The notes under the pieces are model-generated. The model saw only the letters and a program-made list of their open reading frames with translations. It made no database searches and was not told the origin of the DNA. Positions 12,786 through 22,409 of a stretch of DNA of 64,000 nt are shown here, piece by piece. The translations under genes and the position numbers were made by a program. The stretch lies in assembly GCA_020723085.1 (NCBI GenBank), contig DYJN01000016.1:5700-69699 (forward strand), written 5' to 3'. Position 1 is the stretch's first letter, and each line of letters starts with the position of its first letter. Source of the stretch: Arcobacter sp. (GTDB taxonomy: Bacteria > Acidobacteriota > Terriglobia > Bryobacterales > Bryobacteraceae).

Positions 12786-15218
12786 ATGCCGGCGCTCCTG
12801 TTCGCCGGCGGTGTGGCCGTGTCACGTCTGGCCGGCCTCTCCGCCGCCGAGGCCGCCGTGTGCCTGGCTGCCGCCTGCGCCGGACGCCTCCTCGCCCGTC
12901 GCCGCCTGACCTCGGGTCTCACTGCCTGGACGGCATGGACTGCCGCCGGGGCGCTTGCCGCCGCGCTCCACCCTCCGGCCGCGCCCCCGCCGCTGGATCT
13001 CACGCCCCGCCGTGTCGAAGGATGCGTCGTGGAGTCTTCCGTCATCCGCGGCGACCGCATGCAGTTCACCCTGGAACTCCGGCCCGGCGCGCGGGTCCGC
13101 GTCTCCTGGCCGCCATCAAAAGACGGTACGTTCCCCGAGGCGCCCGTGTATGGGCAGCGCGTGGCCGCCGAGCTTCGCCTGTGGCGCGCGCGAGGCTTTC
13201 GCAATCCCGGCGGCTTCGATCTTGCGGGTTATCTCGCCCGGAGAGGCATCTTCTGGTCCGCCGCGCCCGTGCGCGGAGCGCGCCTCGACCGGCTCCCCGG
13301 CGCGTGCGGCGCCGCCTGGCGGCGTCCTGTCGAACAGTTGCGCTCCGCCGCTCTCGCGCGCATCAACGCCGTCCACCGCAATCATGAGAGGCGGGCCGCG
13401 CTGATGCGCGGCCTTCTGCTCGGCGACAAAAGCGGCATCCGCAAAGCGTGGGTCGAGGACTTCCGCCGCACCGGCACCTATCACGCGTTAGTCATTTCGG
13501 GCAGCCACGTCACGCTGGTCTGCGGGCTGTTCCTTCTTTGGCGCCGTCTCTCCGGACTCGGCTGGCGGACCGTGCCTCTGGCCTCTGCTGTGGCGGCGTG
13601 GCTGTACGCTCTGACCGCTGGTGCGGACCCTCCCGTGTTGCGCGCGGCGGCCGGTTTCACGCTCTTCGCCCTCGGCGCCGCGGTCTACCGGAGGCTGGCG
13701 CTGCTGAACACCGTGGGCGCCGTGGCCATCCTCTTCCTTGCCCTGGATCCTGATCAGTTGTTCGACGGCAGTTTCCAGTTGTCCTTTCTTGCCGTGGCCG
13801 CCCTTGGAGCGTTCTTCCCCCCGCAGATGGCGGCGAAGACGCTGCATGGGCCAGCATTGCCGTCCGCGCTTGAGCGCCGTCTGGCCGCCGAGACGCTGCA
13901 TGAAGTGTTCCGTTTGCCCTTGAACGCGGTCGAGCGCCTTGTGGACGCTTCGGCCGGCGCCTGGCGCTGGATCCGCACCATCTTTCTGGCCTCCGCAGCG
14001 GTGCAGCTCAGCCTCGCGCTGCCCATGGCGCTGCTCTTTCACCGGCTGTCGGTCACCGGGCTCAGCGCCAACATCATCGCCGTGCCTTTTGTCTCCCTGG
14101 CCATCCCTTCCGGCTTTGCCGCGGCCATCACCGGCTGGACGTGGCTGGGCGAGCTCGCCGCGGCTTCTCTGGACATGTCCCGGCGCCTGGTTGCATGGCA
14201 TGCGCAGTTCGAACCGGCCTGGCGAATCCCCGCCCCGCCTTTGTGGCTGGCCGCGGCGGCGGCTCTGGCGCTGTTTGCCTGGGCGGCCGCGCGCGGGCGG
14301 CGGTGGCGTTGGGCCGCCGCCGGCGTCTACCTGGCGCTGCTGGCGCTCGTCGTGATCCATCCCTTTCCGCCGCGCGCCGCGCGGGGCGAACTCGAATTGA
14401 CGGCCATCGACGTCGGGCAGGGCGAGAGCCTCCTGCTCGTGTTGCCCGGCGGCCGCTTTGCGCTAGTCGATACCGGCGGCCTCCCGCAGCACGGCCGCAA
14501 GCGCGCCGAGCCCTTCGATGTGGGAGAAGAAGTCGTGGCGCCGTATCTCTGGAGCCGCGGCATCCGGCGATTGGACTTCCTCATCCTTTCGCACCTCCAC
14601 GAAGATCACGCCTCGGGCGCGCCATCCCTGATCCGCAATTTCCGCCCGCGCGAACTGTGGGTCTCCTTCGCCGGAGAGACTCCGCTGTGGCGCGAGATTC
14701 TGGCGGCCGCGCGCCCGGCCGGCGTCCGCATCCGGACCCTCCGGCAGGGTAGCCCCTGCCGCCTCGGTCCCGTCGAGTGCCGCGTGCTGGCGCCTCTCCC
14801 GGACCAGTCCTGGAGCGGACGCCCGCAGAACAACGACTCGCTTGTCCTCGAACTCCGCCACGGCCGCCACGCATTCCTGCTCGCAGGAGACATCGAAGCC
14901 CGGCAGGAAGCCGAACTCGCCCAGGCGGGGCTGATCCGTCCCGCCCATGTGCTGAAGGTGCCGCACCACGGCTCGAAGCGAAGCGCAACGGAGTGGCTGC
15001 TCGGCCCGTCCCGTCCCGCAGTTGCCGTCATCAGCGCCGGCGCGGGCAACTCCTTCGGTTTCCCGCACCCGGAGACCCTCAATCGCTTGCGGCGGAAACG
15101 AGCCATGATCCTCCGCACGGATCTCGGCGGTCCGGTCACCGTCCGCTCCGACGGCCGTTATCTCTCCACGGAAATCCCGCGCCCCGGCCTCTGGACGCTC
15201 CTGGAGGACTGGCAGTAG
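12786..15218 (+). CDS. comEC: ComEC/Rec2-family DNA internalization channel with C-terminal metallo-beta-lactamase domain
   Basis: About 810 aa. It has many TM segments, a competence-domain-like core, and a C-terminal LSHLHEDHASG (HxHxDH) motif with later VPHHGS. Start is set at ATG 12786; the track ORF begins at an upstream TTG. Confidence 0.85.
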   Translation: MPALLFAGGVAVSRLAGLSAAEAAVCLAAACAGRLLARRRLTSGLTAWTAWTAAGALAAALHPPAAPPPLDLTPRRVEGCVVESSVIRGDRMQFTLELRPGARVRVSWPPSKDGTFPEAPVYGQRVAAELRLWRARGFRNPGGFDLAGYLARRGIFWSAAPVRGARLDRLPGACGAAWRRPVEQLRSAALARINAVHRNHERRAALMRGLLLGDKSGIRKAWVEDFRRTGTYHALVISGSHVTLVCGLFLLWRRLSGLGWRTVPLASAVAAWLYALTAGADPPVLRAAAGFTLFALGAAVYRRLALLNTVGAVAILFLALDPDQLFDGSFQLSFLAVAALGAFFPPQMAAKTLHGPALPSALERRLAAETLHEVFRLPLNAVERLVDASAGAWRWIRTIFLASAAVQLSLALPMALLFHRLSVTGLSANIIAVPFVSLAIPSGFAAAITGWTWLGELAAASLDMSRRLVAWHAQFEPAWRIPAPPLWLAAAAALALFAWAAARGRRWRWAAAGVYLALLALVVIHPFPPRAARGELELTAIDVGQGESLLLVLPGGRFALVDTGGLPQHGRKRAEPFDVGEEVVAPYLWSRGIRRLDFLILSHLHEDHASGAPSLIRNFRPRELWVSFAGETPLWREILAAARPAGVRIRTLRQGSPCRLGPVECRVLAPLPDQSWSGRPQNNDSLVLELRHGRHAFLLAGDIEARQEAELAQAGLIRPAHVLKVPHHGSKRSATEWLLGPSRPAVAVISAGAGNSFGFPHPETLNRLRRKRAMILRTDLGGPVTVRSDGRYLSTEIPRPGLWTLLEDWQ

Positions 15219-15224
15219 GAGGCC

Positions 15225-15515
15225 CTAGGAAGCCGGCTCCTTCGTCCCCGATTCAGCCTCATCCGCGCCCTCCGGCCCGGCCTGAATGGCTTCCTGCAAA
15301 ATGGCCTGAGCCTGCTCGAGCTGGTCTTCCGGCACCAGCAGCTCGTAAGGGAGGTTCGGCAGCGGCGTGGCGCCCTGCACGATCACTTCAATGCCGCCGG
15401 CCTCCAGCAGCGGCTGGAGGGCCGCCAGCTCCATCTCGGAGAGCTCGAGCTCGAGCCCGTCGAGCGAGAGCGGAACAAAGCGGCGTTCGCTGTCGGATTG
15501 TGTCTGGCTGCTCAT
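15225..15515 (-). CDS. Small acidic protein, DUF2007-like (putative signal-transducing fold)
   Basis: 96 aa. GGAGG SD lies before ATG 15515. The pattern LLEAGGIEVIVQG...YELLVPEDQLEQAQAIL resembles DUF2007; this is a weak call from memory. Confidence 0.5.
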   Translation of the reverse strand: MSSQTQSDSERRFVPLSLDGLELELSEMELAALQPLLEAGGIEVIVQGATPLPNLPYELLVPEDQLEQAQAILQEAIQAGPEGADEAESGTKEPAS

Positions 15516-15568
15516 GGCGCCTCCGCCTTTATTTTATGGGCAATCGGTGGAAATTCGGCCCCGGGCGG

Positions 15569-15574
15569 TAGAAT
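15569..15574 (+). promoter_or_regulatory. -10-like hexamer TAGAAT upstream of the ytxH-like gene
   Basis: TAGAAT lies 23 nt upstream of ATG 15598 in a relatively AT-rich divergent intergenic region. No good -35 box is present. Confidence 0.3.
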
Positions 15575-15597
15575 AAACGGCAGGAGGCTCTCTGAAA

Positions 15598-15870
15598 ATG
15601 GCATTCGACACCGAAGAATACACGAGCAACGCATTGTGGTTCTTGGCCGGCGCTGCTGTGGGGGCGACCCTCGCTCTTCTATTCGCTCCCGCCCCGGGCC
15701 ATGTCACCCGCCGCAAGATCCGCCATGCCGGACGCCGCGGCCTGATCGCCGCCGAGCGGGCTGGCGAGGAACTCATGGAGAAGGGCCGGGACATCTACGA
15801 GAAGGGCAAGCAAGTCGCCGATGAAGCCGCGGAGCTGTTCGAGCGCGGCAAGAAACTCGTGGAGGGCTAA
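15598..15870 (+). CDS. YtxH domain-containing small membrane-anchored protein
   Basis: 90 aa. AGGAGG SD lies 10 nt upstream. The N-terminal TM segment LWFLAGAAVGATLALLFAP followed by a charged helical tail is typical of YtxH. Confidence 0.7.
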   Translation: MAFDTEEYTSNALWFLAGAAVGATLALLFAPAPGHVTRRKIRHAGRRGLIAAERAGEELMEKGRDIYEKGKQVADEAAELFERGKKLVEG

Positions 15871-15875
15871 CCCCC

Positions 15876-17429
15876 ATGCGCCTGTGCGATTTCCGCAACG
15901 AGCCCTACACCGACTTCTCCCTGTCCGGGAGCGCCGAAAAGATGCGGGCAGCCCTGTCTGCTGTCCGGGCCGAATTTGGAAAGGAATACGACATCCGCAT
16001 CGGCCAGGCCCGTCATCGCACCGGCGCTATTCTGGAGTCGATCAACCCTTCCCGGCCTTCGGAAGTGGTCGGCCGCCATCACAAGGCCACGCCCGAACTG
16101 GCGCGCCAGGCGATTGACGCCGCCAGCGGCTTCTTCCCGCAGTGGGCCGCTGTTCCGGTCAGCGAGCGCGCCGCCATGCTGCGCCGCGCCGCCGCCATCC
16201 TCCGCCGCCGCAAGATGGAGTTCGACGCCTGGCTCGTCTACGAAGCCGGCAAGCCCTGGCCCGAGGCCGAAGCCGACGTCAGCGAAGCGATCGACTTCTG
16301 TGAATACTACGCCCTGCTCGCCGAGCGCATGGCCGATCCCGAGCCCCTCGTGCAGTTGCCCGGCGAGCGCGACGAGCTCCGCTACATTCCTCTCGGCGCG
16401 GGTGTGATCGTTCCGCCCTGGAATTTCCCGATGGCGATTCTCACGGGCATGACCACCGCCGCCCTCGTCAGCGGCAACACCGTGGTCATCAAGCCCAGCT
16501 CGGACACGCCCACCATCGCCGCGAAGTTCGCCGAAGTGCTCGAAGAAGCGGGCGTGCCTCCCGGCGCCTTCACGCTCCTGGTCGGCAGCGGCGCCGAAGT
16601 GGGCGACATTCTGGTGCAGCACCCGCGCACCCGCTTCATCTCGTTCACCGGCTCCCGCGAGGTCGGCCTCCGCATCAACGAACTGGCCTCCAGGGTCGTC
16701 CCCGGCCAGATCTGGATCAAACGCGTCATCGCCGAAATGGGCGGCAAGGACGCCATCATCGTCGACGAGGAAGCCGATCTCGACGCCGCCGTGCAGGGCG
16801 TGCTTGTCAGCGCCTATGGCAACCAGGGCCAGAAGTGCTCCGCCTGCTCCCGCGCCATCGTCAGCGAACAGGTCTATGCGCAGTTCCTCGACCGCCTGGT
16901 GGCGCGCGTGAAAGAGATCCGCGTGGGTCCCGCCGACGACCCGGCCAACTACATGGGCCCGGTCATCAACGAACGCTCCCTGAAGTCCATCCTCTCCTAC
17001 ATCGAGATCGGGAAAAACGAGGGGCGCCTCGCCTGCGGCGGCCAGCGCCTGCCGGGGGAGGGCTACTTCCTCGCGCCCGCCATCATCGAAGGCGTGGACC
17101 GCAAGGCGCGGATCTTCCAGGAGGAGATTTTTGGCCCGGTGCTTGCCGTCGCCCCGGCTCGGGATTTCGATCACGCCCTCGAGCTTGCCAACGACAGCGA
17201 ATACGGCCTGACCGGCGCCGTCTACACGCGCAACCGCGAGAAGATCGAAAAAGCCAAAGACCGCTTCCACGCCGGCAACCTCTACATCAACCGCAAGTGC
17301 ACCGGAGCCATGGTCGGGGCGCATCCGTTCGGCGGGTTCAACATGTCCGGCACGGACTCCAAGGCCGGCGGCCCCGACTACCTGTTCTGGTTCATGCAGG
17401 GCAAGTCCATCGGCGAGAAGATCGCCTGA
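15876..17429 (+). CDS. pruA: L-glutamate gamma-semialdehyde (1-pyrroline-5-carboxylate) dehydrogenase
   Basis: 517 aa aldehyde dehydrogenase. The N-terminus FRNEPYTDFS is typical of P5CDH. The catalytic segments AEMGGKDA and GQKCSACSR are present. GGAGGG SD lies 9 nt upstream. Confidence 0.88.
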   Translation: MRLCDFRNEPYTDFSLSGSAEKMRAALSAVRAEFGKEYDIRIGQARHRTGAILESINPSRPSEVVGRHHKATPELARQAIDAASGFFPQWAAVPVSERAAMLRRAAAILRRRKMEFDAWLVYEAGKPWPEAEADVSEAIDFCEYYALLAERMADPEPLVQLPGERDELRYIPLGAGVIVPPWNFPMAILTGMTTAALVSGNTVVIKPSSDTPTIAAKFAEVLEEAGVPPGAFTLLVGSGAEVGDILVQHPRTRFISFTGSREVGLRINELASRVVPGQIWIKRVIAEMGGKDAIIVDEEADLDAAVQGVLVSAYGNQGQKCSACSRAIVSEQVYAQFLDRLVARVKEIRVGPADDPANYMGPVINERSLKSILSYIEIGKNEGRLACGGQRLPGEGYFLAPAIIEGVDRKARIFQEEIFGPVLAVAPARDFDHALELANDSEYGLTGAVYTRNREKIEKAKDRFHAGNLYINRKCTGAMVGAHPFGGFNMSGTDSKAGGPDYLFWFMQGKSIGEKIA

Positions 17430-17539
17430 CCGGATCGGACTGCCGTGCGGGACGGGCTGCGTTGTATCATGGAACCGTAGCCCCGTTCCAAAGGGGACCA
17501 TCAAGTCACAGAACCAAGGTCGACTTTGATCCACGCGGC

Positions 17540-17576
17540 GAACGGCGAGGCGCGCGCCTCGCCGTTCTCCTTTTCC
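17540..17576 (+). terminator. Rho-independent terminator downstream of pruA
   Basis: GAACGGCGAGG-CGCGCG-CCTCGCCGTTC forms an 11-bp perfect stem (17540-17567). It is followed by TCCTTTTCC. Confidence 0.7.
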
Positions 17577-17604
17577 GGCCCGGTTGCGATAGGATTTCCC
17601 TGTC

Positions 17605-18843
17605 ATGACTGGGACCCGCCGCAGCTTCCTCGCCTCTTCCTTCGCCCTCCCCTCGCTGGCGCGCGCCATCCAGGAAACCGCCTCCCCCTATCGCCGCCCG
17701 AAGCTCAAGATCACCGATGTCCGCACGGCGCAGGTGATGGGCCACGGACTGCAACTGCACGTCCGCATCTACACCGATCAGGGCATCTACGGCCACGGCG
17801 AAGGCACGGATGCCGTGCAGGGCGGCGCCCCTCTGGTGCGCATGTTCCGCCGCTTCATGATCGGCCAGGACCCCCTCAACGTCGAGGCCCTCTGGGAGCG
17901 CATCCGCACCGCGGGCATCTTCGCCGGCGCCCAGGGCGGCCAGTATATAGCCGCACTCAGCGCCGTCGAAATCGCGCTCTGGGATCTCGCCGGCAAGGCG
18001 CTCGGCGTGCCCGTCTATCAGCTGCTCGGCGGCAAGGTCCGCGACCGCGTGCGCCTCTACTGCGACTCCGCCAACCATCACCCCGACGATCCCAAGGCGC
18101 GGCCGAAGCTGAAGGAGATCGAAGCCATGGGCTTCACCGCCGTCAAGATCGATATCGACGAAGCCAGAGATCCCAACCGCTGGGACATGGTCAACTGGAC
18201 CGCCTCCAACGCCGAGATCGACCGCATGGTCAAGGAGGCCGCCTTCGTGCGCGAAACCCTCAGCCCCCGCGTCGATCTCGCCGTTGATATGCACGGACGC
18301 TACGACGCCCCCACCGCCAAGCGCGTGGCGGCGGAACTCGAGCGCTTCCACCTGCTCTGGCTGGAAGAGCCCGTGCCGCCCGAAAACGTCGATGTGATGC
18401 GCGACGTGCGCGAATCCACCAAGACGCCCATCTGCGCGGGCGAGAACCTGTTCCTGCGCCATGACTTCCGCGAGCTGCTCGAAAAGCGCGCCGTCGACAT
18501 CGTCATGCCTGACCTTCAGAAGTGCGGCGGCTTGTTCGAAGGCCGCAAAATCGCCGACATGGCGCACACTTACTACACGCCTTTCGCGCCGCACTGCGTC
18601 GTATCTCCGGTAGGAACCATGGCCTCCTGCCACGTCTGCGCCGCCGTGCCCAATTTCCTCATCCTCGAATGGCACTGGATCTCGCGCCTCGAGCTGTGGC
18701 GCAATTTCGTCCGCGAGGGCGACATCATCACGAAGGGCTTCGTCACCCTGCCGGACCGCCCCGGCATCGGCGTGGAAATGAACGAGGAGGTTGCCCGCAA
18801 GGTGCAGGTCAAGGGCACGCCCTGGTTCGAACCGGGCCTCTGA
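17605..18843 (+). CDS. Enolase-superfamily enzyme (mandelate racemase/muconate lactonizing, sugar-acid dehydratase-like) with Tat signal
   Basis: 412 aa. The N-terminus MTGTRRSFLASSFALPSLARA is Tat-like. The architecture is enolase-superfamily capping domain plus barrel: ITDVRTAQV..., FTAVKIDID, LAVDMHGRY, LLWLEEP, AGENL. Confidence 0.85.
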   Translation: MTGTRRSFLASSFALPSLARAIQETASPYRRPKLKITDVRTAQVMGHGLQLHVRIYTDQGIYGHGEGTDAVQGGAPLVRMFRRFMIGQDPLNVEALWERIRTAGIFAGAQGGQYIAALSAVEIALWDLAGKALGVPVYQLLGGKVRDRVRLYCDSANHHPDDPKARPKLKEIEAMGFTAVKIDIDEARDPNRWDMVNWTASNAEIDRMVKEAAFVRETLSPRVDLAVDMHGRYDAPTAKRVAAELERFHLLWLEEPVPPENVDVMRDVRESTKTPICAGENLFLRHDFRELLEKRAVDIVMPDLQKCGGLFEGRKIADMAHTYYTPFAPHCVVSPVGTMASCHVCAAVPNFLILEWHWISRLELWRNFVREGDIITKGFVTLPDRPGIGVEMNEEVARKVQVKGTPWFEPGL

Positions 18844-18850
18844 CCGCGCC

Positions 18851-20197
18851 TCAGCGCTGCGCCGCCCCCCGTTCGATCTTCGCCTCGTGCGCCGCCATTA
18901 GCTCGAGCAGCCGCCGCGCCACTTCCGGGTGTTCCGCCGCCACGTCGTACTTCTCCGAAGGGTCGTTCTCGAGGTGAAACAGAAGCGGCGGATCGTGTTT
19001 CGACGTCGCGCTCCGCCACTCGGCCGTGTTCGAGATCCGATGCAGCTTCCACGGTCCCTGCCGCACGGCGCAGAGTTGTTCGGCGTTCCAGTAGAACAGC
19101 GTCCGCTCCCGCAGCGGCGCCGCCGAGCAGAGCTCGCGCGAGAGGTCCTCCCCGTCGAGCGCCGTCTGAGGCGGCGCGGCTCCCGCCATCGCCGCAAAGG
19201 TCGGCAGCAGATCCAGCATCGATCCCGCCTGCGTGCTCGCCCTCCGCGGCGCCACCCGCCCCGGCTGCCGCGCGATGAAAGGCACGCGCACTCCGCCTTC
19301 CCACGTCGTCGCCTTGCCTTCCCGCAGCAGCCCCGCCGAGCCCGCATGCACGCGCCGCACTAGCCACGGTCCGTTGTCCGAGGTGAAGATCGCCAGCGTG
19401 TTCCGCTCCTGTCCCGTCTCCGCCAGCGCCTTCAGCACCTCGCCCACGCTCCAGTCGATCTCCTCCACCACGTCGCCGTAAAGCCCGCGCGGGCTCGCGC
19501 CCCGGAAACGCGGACTTGCATACAGCGGCACATGGGGAAACGTGTGCGCGAAATACAGGAAAAACGGGCGCCCGCGGAATGCGCGGATCCGCCGCACCGC
19601 CTCTTCCGTGTACCGCGGCGTCAGCAGCGCCTGGTCCGGTTCGGTCTCGATCACTTTGTCGTCCCGCATCAGCGGCAGCGGCGGGTGCTTCGCGTTGCCC
19701 GGCGAGCCGGGGCCTGCCTGCGGGCGCATGTCGTTCGAATACGGGATCCCGTAATAGGAGTCGAACCCATGCCTCGTCGGCAGATACTGCGGCAGATGGC
19801 CGAGATGCCACTTGCCGATGGCGGCTGTCTGGTAGCCCGCGCTTTTCAGCACCTCCGCCACCGTCGTCTCACCGTCCGGTATGCCGCCGGTGGACTGCGG
19901 AAACAGCACGCGCGTCAGCCCGCTCCGGATCGGATACCGCCCGGTCAGCAGCGCGGCGCGGCTGGGTGTGCAGACAGGCGCCGCTGAGTACCACTGCGTG
20001 AAGCGCGCCCCTTCGGCCGCCATGCGGTCGAGATTCGGCGTGCGCATCGTGGGATGGCCGTAACAGCCGAGGTCGCCATAGCCGAGGTCGTCGGCATAGA
20101 TCAGAACGAAATTCTGCCGCCGTTTTGCCGCATAAGAAAGGCCGGCGCTCCATGCGCCGGCCCAGGTGTGCAGGAATGTCCTTCTGTCAAGCGTCAC
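18851..20197 (-). CDS. Cys-type arylsulfatase/N-acetylgalactosamine-6-sulfatase-like sulfatase
   Basis: NFVLIYADDLGYGDLGCYGH and the CTPSRAALLTGR (C-x-P-x-R) sulfatase signature are present. The N-terminus has an RRTFL Tat-like motif. The GTG start overlaps the TGA stop of the upstream gene (GTGA at 20194-20197). Confidence 0.9.
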   Translation of the reverse strand: MTLDRRTFLHTWAGAWSAGLSYAAKRRQNFVLIYADDLGYGDLGCYGHPTMRTPNLDRMAAEGARFTQWYSAAPVCTPSRAALLTGRYPIRSGLTRVLFPQSTGGIPDGETTVAEVLKSAGYQTAAIGKWHLGHLPQYLPTRHGFDSYYGIPYSNDMRPQAGPGSPGNAKHPPLPLMRDDKVIETEPDQALLTPRYTEEAVRRIRAFRGRPFFLYFAHTFPHVPLYASPRFRGASPRGLYGDVVEEIDWSVGEVLKALAETGQERNTLAIFTSDNGPWLVRRVHAGSAGLLREGKATTWEGGVRVPFIARQPGRVAPRRASTQAGSMLDLLPTFAAMAGAAPPQTALDGEDLSRELCSAAPLRERTLFYWNAEQLCAVRQGPWKLHRISNTAEWRSATSKHDPPLLFHLENDPSEKYDVAAEHPEVARRLLELMAAHEAKIERGAAQR

Positions 20198-22395
20198 CGC
20201 AGGAGCACCTTCCGGACTGCCACATTATCACGTTCGTCGGCCGCCCGGACGGCGACCGCAAACTCGCTGCCCGCAGGCTTGGCGAGCCTCGTCTCGTAGT
20301 CGTGCTGAAGCGAGTCCGTGATCCGCGTCGACGGCTCGGCATCCACCCAATCGCCCCCATTCACCGACAACTCGGCATACTGGAGTGCCGACAGCGCGTC
20401 CTTCACGCGGAACCGCACCACGATCCGGCCGCCCTCCGCGCGCGCCGTCAGTTCGGCAATCTCCGGCGGCGTGTTGTCGATCAGGAAGTCTTCGCTTTCC
20501 ATCTGCGCCGTCAGCTCCCTGCCGGGATAGTTGTCGGGTCTGTCGCTCAGCGTCACGCGCAGCCGGTAGCGCCCGTCGGCGAACGCCGTGCTGTCCCAGC
20601 TGTAGCGGCTCTCGCGCAGCCCCTCCTTCAGGACCTTCCACTCGCGCTCGCCTTCGCCTCGGATCTCCAGCTTCGCTTCCAGCCCGTCGTTATTCGGATC
20701 GAGCGCCCGCCACCGCACGCCGGTCCAGCCCTTTTCATAGTTCATCGTGACCGCGCTGCCCTCGGTCGCCGTTGGCTGCGAGGCGCTGCCCTGCCGCCGC
20801 TGCGCTTGGCCAATGCCGGGCAGCGTCAGGTTCTTCGACGCCGTCAGCGCCGCGCCGGAGGCAGGGAAGCGGTAATTGAAGGGCGTGATCTCGATCTTCT
20901 CGATCACCGGCGGCAGGTTCTTCGCCTGATAGGCGGCTTCCATCAGCCTGAGCTCCGGCGATGCTCCCGCCGGCGCCGCCTCCAGCACCGCCCGGTATTG
21001 CAGGAACCGCGCCGGCGGCGACGCGATCCGTTCTCCAGAGGCGGCCGTCACCTCCTGCCACGCGCTCCAGTTCCGGTTCGGGTCCTCCACGTTGCCGCTG
21101 CGCGTCTCAATCCGGATGCGGCCTCCGTTCGTCTCGCCTTCATGCCGCAGCCGGCCCCAGTAGCTGAACGCGCCCGCATCCAGCGCTTCGCTCTCGATCG
21201 CGCCGGACTTCTCGATCTCCGGCCCCAGCTGAAATACCATGCCCGGATTGGCCGTCGCCGCCAGCAGCCCGCCTCCAGGCGCGGCGGCGAACGCCGTCAC
21301 CTGCTGCGGCTGCGCCCGCACGAGCGTCGTGTACAGGTACGGAGCATCGATCCGGTAGATCGCGCCCTCGGCGCCCGTGCCCGCGATCAGCGCCCCTTTT
21401 GCATCGAGCGCCAGCGCGTACACGACGGCCGAACTATGGCTCCAGATCAGCTGCGGCTCGCCGTCCGGCGCAATCCGGTAGATGTCGCTCCCAGCCGCCT
21501 GCGCCGCCACCCCGATGGCCGGAGGCAGCGCCGGTGCGGGCGGGCGCTGCAACTGCGCCTGCGCCTGTGTTTGCGTCTGACCGGACGGCGCCGGCGCCGG
21601 AGCGGCCGTTGCCGGCGCAACCGGCGGCGCAGCCGGAGCCGTCGGCGCGCGCCGCGCTCCCACCGCCGCGGCATAGACCGTCCCGTCGGCGGCTGCCGCC
21701 AGCGCCGTCACCTCGCGCTTCGCCGTCTGATGCAGCACGAAGCCCTGCCCCTTGGCGTCGATCCTGAGCACCACGCCGCCCGGTTCCGTGCCCGCGAACC
21801 ATGTCCCCTGCGGACCGCGCGCGAGCGACCGCACATGCGACTCGCCCGCGTCGAACAACACGCGCGCCGTTCCATTTGGCGATATCCGCACCACGCGCCC
21901 CGGGTCGCCCGTCGCCGCATACAGCGTCCCGTCCGCCTCGGCGATCAGCGCCCATACATACCTTGGCTCGAGCTGCGCGTGAAGCGCCGCCTTTCCATCC
22001 GCGCCGATGCGGAAGATCTTCCCTTCCGGCGACAGCGCCGCGTACACCGCGCCGCCCGGCGCCGCCGCCAGCGCATGCACGCTGCCGCTGCCCAGGTCGG
22101 CGAACACGCTGCTCTTGCCCTGAGCGTCGATCCGCACCACCTTGCCGTCGCCGCTGCCTGCCAGCACCGCGCCTCCAGAAGCCGGCAGCAGCGCCCAGAC
22201 GAACGGCGTATCTGCGTCCGCCACGCGCTTCCACGCGGGCGCCAGCGTCAGCCGCCCGTCGCTTGCCAGCGCCAGCCGCTCGATCTTTCCTTTCTCGAAG
22301 TCCGCCGCTTCGCTCTGCTTCCAGAGCTTTGTTTCCACGGCGTACGCCGCGCAGACGGCCAGAGCCGCCGACGTCCAGACAGGGATCGGTTTCAT
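20194..22395 (-). CDS. Secreted beta-propeller repeat protein with Ala/Pro/Gln-rich insert and C-terminal Ig-like region (unknown function)
   Basis: 733 aa with a signal peptide. It carries about 40-aa repeats of the type G.V.AL....DG.LYAAT.....V.RI. A low-complexity linker spans residues ~247-297. The C-terminal region is beta-rich (YSWDSTAFADGRYRLRVTLSD...). Confidence 0.7.
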   Translation of the reverse strand: MKPIPVWTSAALAVCAAYAVETKLWKQSEAADFEKGKIERLALASDGRLTLAPAWKRVADADTPFVWALLPASGGAVLAGSGDGKVVRIDAQGKSSVFADLGSGSVHALAAAPGGAVYAALSPEGKIFRIGADGKAALHAQLEPRYVWALIAEADGTLYAATGDPGRVVRISPNGTARVLFDAGESHVRSLARGPQGTWFAGTEPGGVVLRIDAKGQGFVLHQTAKREVTALAAAADGTVYAAAVGARRAPTAPAAPPVAPATAAPAPAPSGQTQTQAQAQLQRPPAPALPPAIGVAAQAAGSDIYRIAPDGEPQLIWSHSSAVVYALALDAKGALIAGTGAEGAIYRIDAPYLYTTLVRAQPQQVTAFAAAPGGGLLAATANPGMVFQLGPEIEKSGAIESEALDAGAFSYWGRLRHEGETNGGRIRIETRSGNVEDPNRNWSAWQEVTAASGERIASPPARFLQYRAVLEAAPAGASPELRLMEAAYQAKNLPPVIEKIEITPFNYRFPASGAALTASKNLTLPGIGQAQRRQGSASQPTATEGSAVTMNYEKGWTGVRWRALDPNNDGLEAKLEIRGEGEREWKVLKEGLRESRYSWDSTAFADGRYRLRVTLSDRPDNYPGRELTAQMESEDFLIDNTPPEIAELTARAEGGRIVVRFRVKDALSALQYAELSVNGGDWVDAEPSTRITDSLQHDYETRLAKPAGSEFAVAVRAADERDNVAVRKVLLR

Positions 22396-22409
22396 CGTCT
22401 TGTGTTGTC

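Noticed and set aside
15867-17669. 600-aa minus-strand ORF
   Set aside because: It is antisense to pruA, which has clear aldehyde dehydrogenase catalytic motifs.
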